A stretch of 64,000 nucleotides of DNA from Styela clava (lineage: Eukaryota): positions 7,936,001-8,000,000 of the forward strand of contig NC_135260.1 of NCBI RefSeq assembly GCF_964204865.1, given 5' to 3'. The notes beneath the pieces were generated by a model. It was not told the DNA's origin and did not search any database. It saw only the letters and a program-made list of their open reading frames with translations. The position numbers were made by a program, and so were the translations under genes. This document shows positions 58,188-64,000 of this stretch, in pieces (the stretch's first letter is position 1; the number at the start of each line of letters is the position of its first letter).

Positions 58188-61100
58188 ATGGAAAATATTG
58201 AAAATAAAATAGAATTGGAAGATATTAAAGTCACTGAAAAGAAAAATACCGCTGTATCACCGGAAACAGAAAGCCCTTTTGATGGCCAAGAAATTGCACT
58301 GTCAGGTGGTGTAATTGAAACGCTTCAGATTGTGAAACAAACCAACATAGAAGGTAATATAAAACTCATATTCAAATAAGGGAGCAATGCTCAAATATAG
58401 GGACACGAAGATCGAATGAATAGGTCAAACAGTCCAAGATAAAATGACTTATTTTAAACGTCGTTATTGCAGACATCGTTGTTGTGATGTCAAATTTACT
58501 AAAAGAGATTTTTAATCGGTTACAAAAACTTGTGTGTTTGCTATAGAAATACCCTAATGACATATGCTGCATTTTAGTCCAAAAATACTACATGGAATTC
58601 CCATCTCAGGCTACGAAACATTCAACGTTAGTCGAAGCCATATTCGTGTTTTTCTATGTGTATCTTTGCATTTATGCTTAAATTTCATATTCTTTGACAA
58701 ATGAGACTGAGGGACATAACTTGGCGCTTGTGCATTCTAACGCTGAGTGCGCAATACAAGCGGCCGACAAATGGGATGGAGACGGTCACGCTTGACAGAA
58801 TTAAAAAAGTGTTCCCATGAACTGGAATTAAAATAGCAAGATTTTGTGTAAAATATCGAGTTTCACGGGCCTCAGTCTTTTGATAACTTTTTCGATTTTT
58901 AATTGAGTACCTCCTCAAATTCAAAATTGATTATTTCATTAGCTGGGAGGATTTTCCTCAATGAAAATTTTGCTCAAACTACAAGTCTAATAACAACAAC
59001 AACGATTTGAAAAAAACTATATGCCAAAAGTCATTAATGAGCACGAAGTGAATTCTTTTTGCTAAAGTGTTGCTGTTGGTATTCTTGTTCCTTAAGGGGT
59101 TGTGGAAATTTCATTCTTCTCAGCGAAAAAAAATATGAATAGTAAATATCAAATATTGTTTCAGAATTTGCTTCCACACATGTTGTTGCTGACCATGGTA
59201 ACATTGAAACAGTTGAAGCAATCGTGTCGGCCGAATCCGCAAATGTTGCGGCTGAGGAAGTGGCCTTGACAGCCAAGGAGGCAGTAATAAACGCAGAAAA
59301 CCTGCATCAAACTAATATCAATGGTACGGCATCAAGATATTATTAAATTGTTGTACTGTCTACAACACTAAAAAGGAGTTCTCAACTTTCGCCATGCAAA
59401 TAGGAACTGATTATAATATTATTGTCCAATTCCGGACTGCCAATTCTGTCTAATAACCCAATCTTTACCAGAGAAAACTGATCGTCACTAAATACCAACT
59501 CGGTATATGGACCAGATAGTATTTAGGTCCAAATATTATAACAATAGCTGTATCTGCTCTTGCATGTATTAAACATACGTCATGGAAGATTGGCGATGTA
59601 CCGTATTCCCAGTATTTTACATTTTTAACATTTTTTTCCCTTTAACTTAAACGGAATTTCATACTTGTTTACAAAATTTTTAAAAAAAAAGTCATTCATA
59701 AACTCCTTTTTTTATTTGAGTTTAGAAACCAACTTTGTTGATGCTGAAATAAACAATATGGCGGTGCAAAATCTCAACATCCATATCCATCCAGGTGCGT
59801 ATATATTAATAATTAATTTATTATAAATAACTATTTAAATGAAGGGGTTTTTAGATTTAAACTCGAAACATATATTTTAAAATTGACATGTTTCCTTCTC
59901 ACAATACAATACTCAGTTGTGATAATTCCCCTTGAGTGGACGCGAATGTATTTCAGGATGTTATACTTTCTTTGTACAGTATATGATATATTTGTAATTT
60001 CCGAGATGTATTTACTTTACTTGAAGAGTGTATTAAAAACCAAAGAAAAGGAGAACAAACTCAGAATGTAATGGGTCATAACGTATCTTTGATACTGTGT
60101 TCTGAGAATTTCTGTTACATTCTGTCAAATCTGTCATCATGATTTTGCTTACATTCATTTTTGACCACATGTCTATAATCGAAGCTAATTGCGGTTAAGG
60201 TTTTGCATGAATCAAAAATATTACAAATTTTTACTTTAGCATTCAAATATTTGGTACAATATCAAGTTTTCGAAATATTTTTAGCCCCAGTACCAGCACC
60301 TGCAGCATCTTTACAATCTGATGATTTCATTGAAGCTGACTCTTGTCCCTTTGATTTTACTTCGGCAACAGAACGACAAAAGACAACAGGTTGGCTTTAA
60401 ACTAATATCGTAACTACTGTGCTCTTGTTATTTTAAAACTAATTCCATGGTTGGGAATGCAAATCTTTTGCCAACATTTTCAATATAGTGTGCAATGGTT
60501 ACCACGTCGCCAAAGGTTTTTCAAGCCAAAATTCAATTTAATTTTTATCGACTTTCAATGGCAATGAATACACTTAATAGTAATTTGAGAACTGTTGAAG
60601 TGGATAATAAGTATATCGGATAGAGATGTATGGAAAAATCTATGGCACAAAATTAGGTACTCCCGAGGTATGTGAACCAATATGGCGGACACCGGAACGT
60701 AGTATGTGTACCAGGTTATGGCCAGGCCATAATTTCAGGTACAAATACTATGGGAGTCACACGGCTAGTCCTCGAACTCACAATAGAACTAAAATAAGGA
60801 AAATTATACATTCGTTTACTGAAGACGACAAAAGGTGTGTCTGATTTCATATGCAGGTTGTTATCATGTATATTTTTTGAAATTATTATTCTGAAAAATA
60901 CAGCGATATTGGCTTGGCTTAGAGTCATGGAATTCGTAAGAATAAGCGCAATGCAATGAATCATATGTCAGCACAAAATGATGTTTTCGAAAGCTTCTCA
61001 AACATAAGGAAGTATGATTCATGTGAATAAAATCTGCACTCTTTGCAAAGTATACCATAGTAACTCACTGACTCGTGAAATTTCTTTCCGTTTGTTATTT

Positions 61101-61336
61101 TTTGCGAAGTTTGAACACATTCAGAGGATTGACTTTTTAAAAGCAATGTTGCACTCAATGTTATTTTGTTTAGTTATCACAAAACCCTAAATCTAAATTA
61201 GCACGAGCAGATAATGCATGATTTTTGTAAATTTATATTCCGGCCCACAGATTTTCTCATGACATTTTTTTTATTCTAACAGTTAATCAAGTTACTCCTT
61301 CATCGAAGCAGCAGACAGCTTTTAGACAAGAGCCAG
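58188..61336 (+). CDS. 5' exons of an uncharacterised gene with a repetitive beta-rich N-terminus; probably continues beyond the window
   Basis: Exons 58188-58353, 59165-59323, 59726-59794, 60285-60389, 61283-61336; all introns phase 1, frame open throughout, no stop reached. Confidence 0.68.
60660..60800. mobile_element. Partial long-form MITE copy
   Basis: Matches the left arm and middle of 16557-16778. Confidence 0.7.
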
Positions 61337-64000
61337 GTAAAATGTTCTTTTTACTTCATTATTAGGTTTGTGGTATTTTAAAACTATGCCTCTGGTGAAT
61401 TCATGATGAAAATTTCATTGATGGAAGAAGTTAATAATACACTCTCGATGACTTGTAAATATTTTCATTCGTACAAATCAATATATGATGCAGAAACCGG
61501 TTGACCAGCGTTTTGAGATCGGTGGTTGGCGCTTATAATCGCATCGGTGCAGCAGCAGGAATTGTTTTTTTTTATTTGCCCTAGTAGGAGTAAAAATTTT
61601 GAGCCAACCGAAGTCAGATGTCGAAGACAAAAAATTCAAGGCCAATTACATTCTTTATATCCTGGGGTGGGGCAGACTTTTTTGGACACAGTAACCTGAG
61701 TTGATTCCGAGGTTGGGTGTTCGAGCCGGATTAGGTTCTATAAATTTTTCATAATCAGAGTTCGGTTTAAATATATCTTCGACTCCGTATCTCCGGGGTT
61801 TAGACAAAACACTCTGCTGTCCATTAGTCGTGCTCAGAAATAAAGATGATGCACTGATGAATAAGGTATTTGAATACAAATTTGAAAATGACGTGAAGTT
61901 ATCGTATTGTTTTTTGATATATAAAATAAAATGCGGTTCTCGGACACATTTCGTGCGGCCCGCAGAACAATTTTAGCGTGCACTAAACCATTGGAAGATA
62001 TTTGTATTTGTTAGCAGAAAATTTTTGAGTTCTTTCTAAACGATTCCAACTGGGAATAGCCCTTCTCCTAATCCCCATGTCAGGATTATTTCTTCGACAA
62101 TAGCACCTGGCCTGCTGTAATAAAGTACTGGCCATGAAGTACTGTAATAAAATTAGCCAAATATAATAAATCATCATACGATCAGTGTGAAAAAAGGTGA
62201 CCGAGGAAAACTGGGAAGAAAAGGATTTCCTTGCCCACAACAAACCACAGTGTCTGGTGTGTTTTCAAGTAATATCTGTCACGAAAAAATAAAATTTTGA
62301 GACATTACAAAACCAAACACGATAAAATATATCGAACATTACACGGTAAGCAATTTTAAAATAACTGAAGGCTTTATATATCCTCATCAAAAAACAAATT
62401 AAAACGGTAAAATCTCATTCTTCAATAGATTTTAAGTGAGTGAATTCGCGATGTTTTGATCACTTTGGGGTTTTCTCGGATTGCAGCCTGCAAAACATTT
62501 TCAAAAGTTTTTGCGGCCCGCCAACCTCGCAACCTTGAACCTCGCAACCACCCTGAACTAGAGTATGTAAATACCGGACAAGCAGGTTGTTCCTAATGCC
62601 ATTCTAAATTACTATGTTTTGCAACAACACTGCGTGATTAATTGAATATATACTCAAGCATTTTGAGTGGTCAAATGAGAGACAAATTCTGCTCAAAACA
62701 TGAATCTAAGTAACAATTTTTAAATTGATTAGATTATACATTTGGGGTATAAGTTTCTAAAAATAAACTTGAACAGTGAGGTTATTTACGATTTTACCCC
62801 CTATTTTACGATTCCCACTTTTAGCTTTATGCTGAGTCTTAAAAAATGATTTTTGAGAATATATTTAAATAGATCCAACTGACCAGTCCATTCGGGTGTG
62901 GGGTACGAGGGCGTGGTCGCGTTGACTTGAGTTTGTGAGTGAGCTTCTCGTGTTTCAGATCTTTGTTTATATTCTTGATTATATTTCAAGGTTTATTGGA
63001 ACGAATGATCAGCTGTTTTGGAGCACGTGAGTCATTTGTGGCTATACAATAAACATTCTATCTGCTCCTTTTCATATTTATCGACAGGGGGGTCCTGAAT
63101 TGTTGAAATATGTTGGGCTTGGGAATTCTTATTTAAAATTTGGTAAATTATAACTATAAATATGAGAGATCCGAAGTTCCGAAACAATAACATATATATC
63201 GCAAAAAGCACATGCTTTAACAGTAATTGGGCTATCATTGATTGTCTAGGATTGATAACTAGGAAGTTATTTCAATTGGCAGTATCCGACAAACAGCATG
63301 GGCATTTTCGAATACTTGATTATTTCGAATCGATCTCGAATTCCTCAAAGATATTTAATTATACACGAATTTTTATTGTAACTGATCTTCTAGAATCTAG
63401 ACACATAAATTACTGAAAACATACAATCCGTTACTCAGACAGTTCGCTGAGTGTTCACACACAATTAAGAACATGTTGCATCAATAACTCACTCGAAATG
63501 AAAAGATTCATATCTTAGAATTGCATTGTACAAATATGGCTTCAATAAAATAATTAACCCCGACCTTAGGCTGACAAAAAAAAAATGGCGGCGATTCGAA
63601 ATTTTCGCCTAAACCGATTTGAATAATTCATTATTCGATTTGAATATTCGATTCGTCACGGGCCTCTAAACCAATCAAAGGACTAAAATAAACATTTTGG
63701 AGTAATAAAGACACGCTTGGTTGAATATACACTGTATTGTAGTATATCTATTTTGTTTATTTTTTACACTATACTTTGTGAAACGAACTAAACATAAGAT
63801 ATTGTAAACCTTTTCCCCGGGATGACACCCCTGTAAGATAAGTAAACCAGTGACTTGTTAAAGCTTTTATCTGTGTTATGATGAAATCAGGACGGAATTG
63901 ATTTTTTACCTGATTAAGAAAATGTTATCTGGCGATTGTCTATCAAATCTATAATTTTTTAAATTACTATTTTCATCGTTTAAAAGGGTTTTAAATATAA

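Overview
AT-rich eukaryotic (animal) genomic DNA. Short GT-AG introns, dense MITEs and the gene content suggest an ascidian/tunicate-like invertebrate chordate (inference). Genes, reconstructed by hand from splice sites: (1) a complete 10-exon EIF4A3 gene with a DESD motif II and several H/ACA-like structured elements in its introns; (2) a type II membrane fibrinogen-domain receptor; (3) two tandem genes for C-terminal TPR-like proteins, one with an N-terminal RHIM-like motif and one with about 10 (T)QT motifs resembling LC8-binding sites; (4) a small gene for a Q/Y/G/H-rich amyloid-like protein; (5) a type II C-type lectin with an EPN motif; (6) the 5' exons of a gene with a beta-rich repetitive N-terminus that probably runs off the window. 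Mobile elements: a young 8.9-kb BEL/Pao retrotransposon with one frameshift in RT, nested in a 14.2-kb CACTG-ended EnSpm/CMC element that keeps spliced exons of its accessory gene; a deleted Gypsy-type LTR element; many hAT-type MITEs with 8-bp TSDs; palindromic MITEs; tRNA-derived SINEs. The best candidate for an undescribed system is a clustered innate-immune toolkit: receptors sharing a tyrosine-motif N-terminal module, plus TPR proteins and small proteins carrying interchangeable polymerisation motifs (RHIM/amyloid, LC8 arrays).
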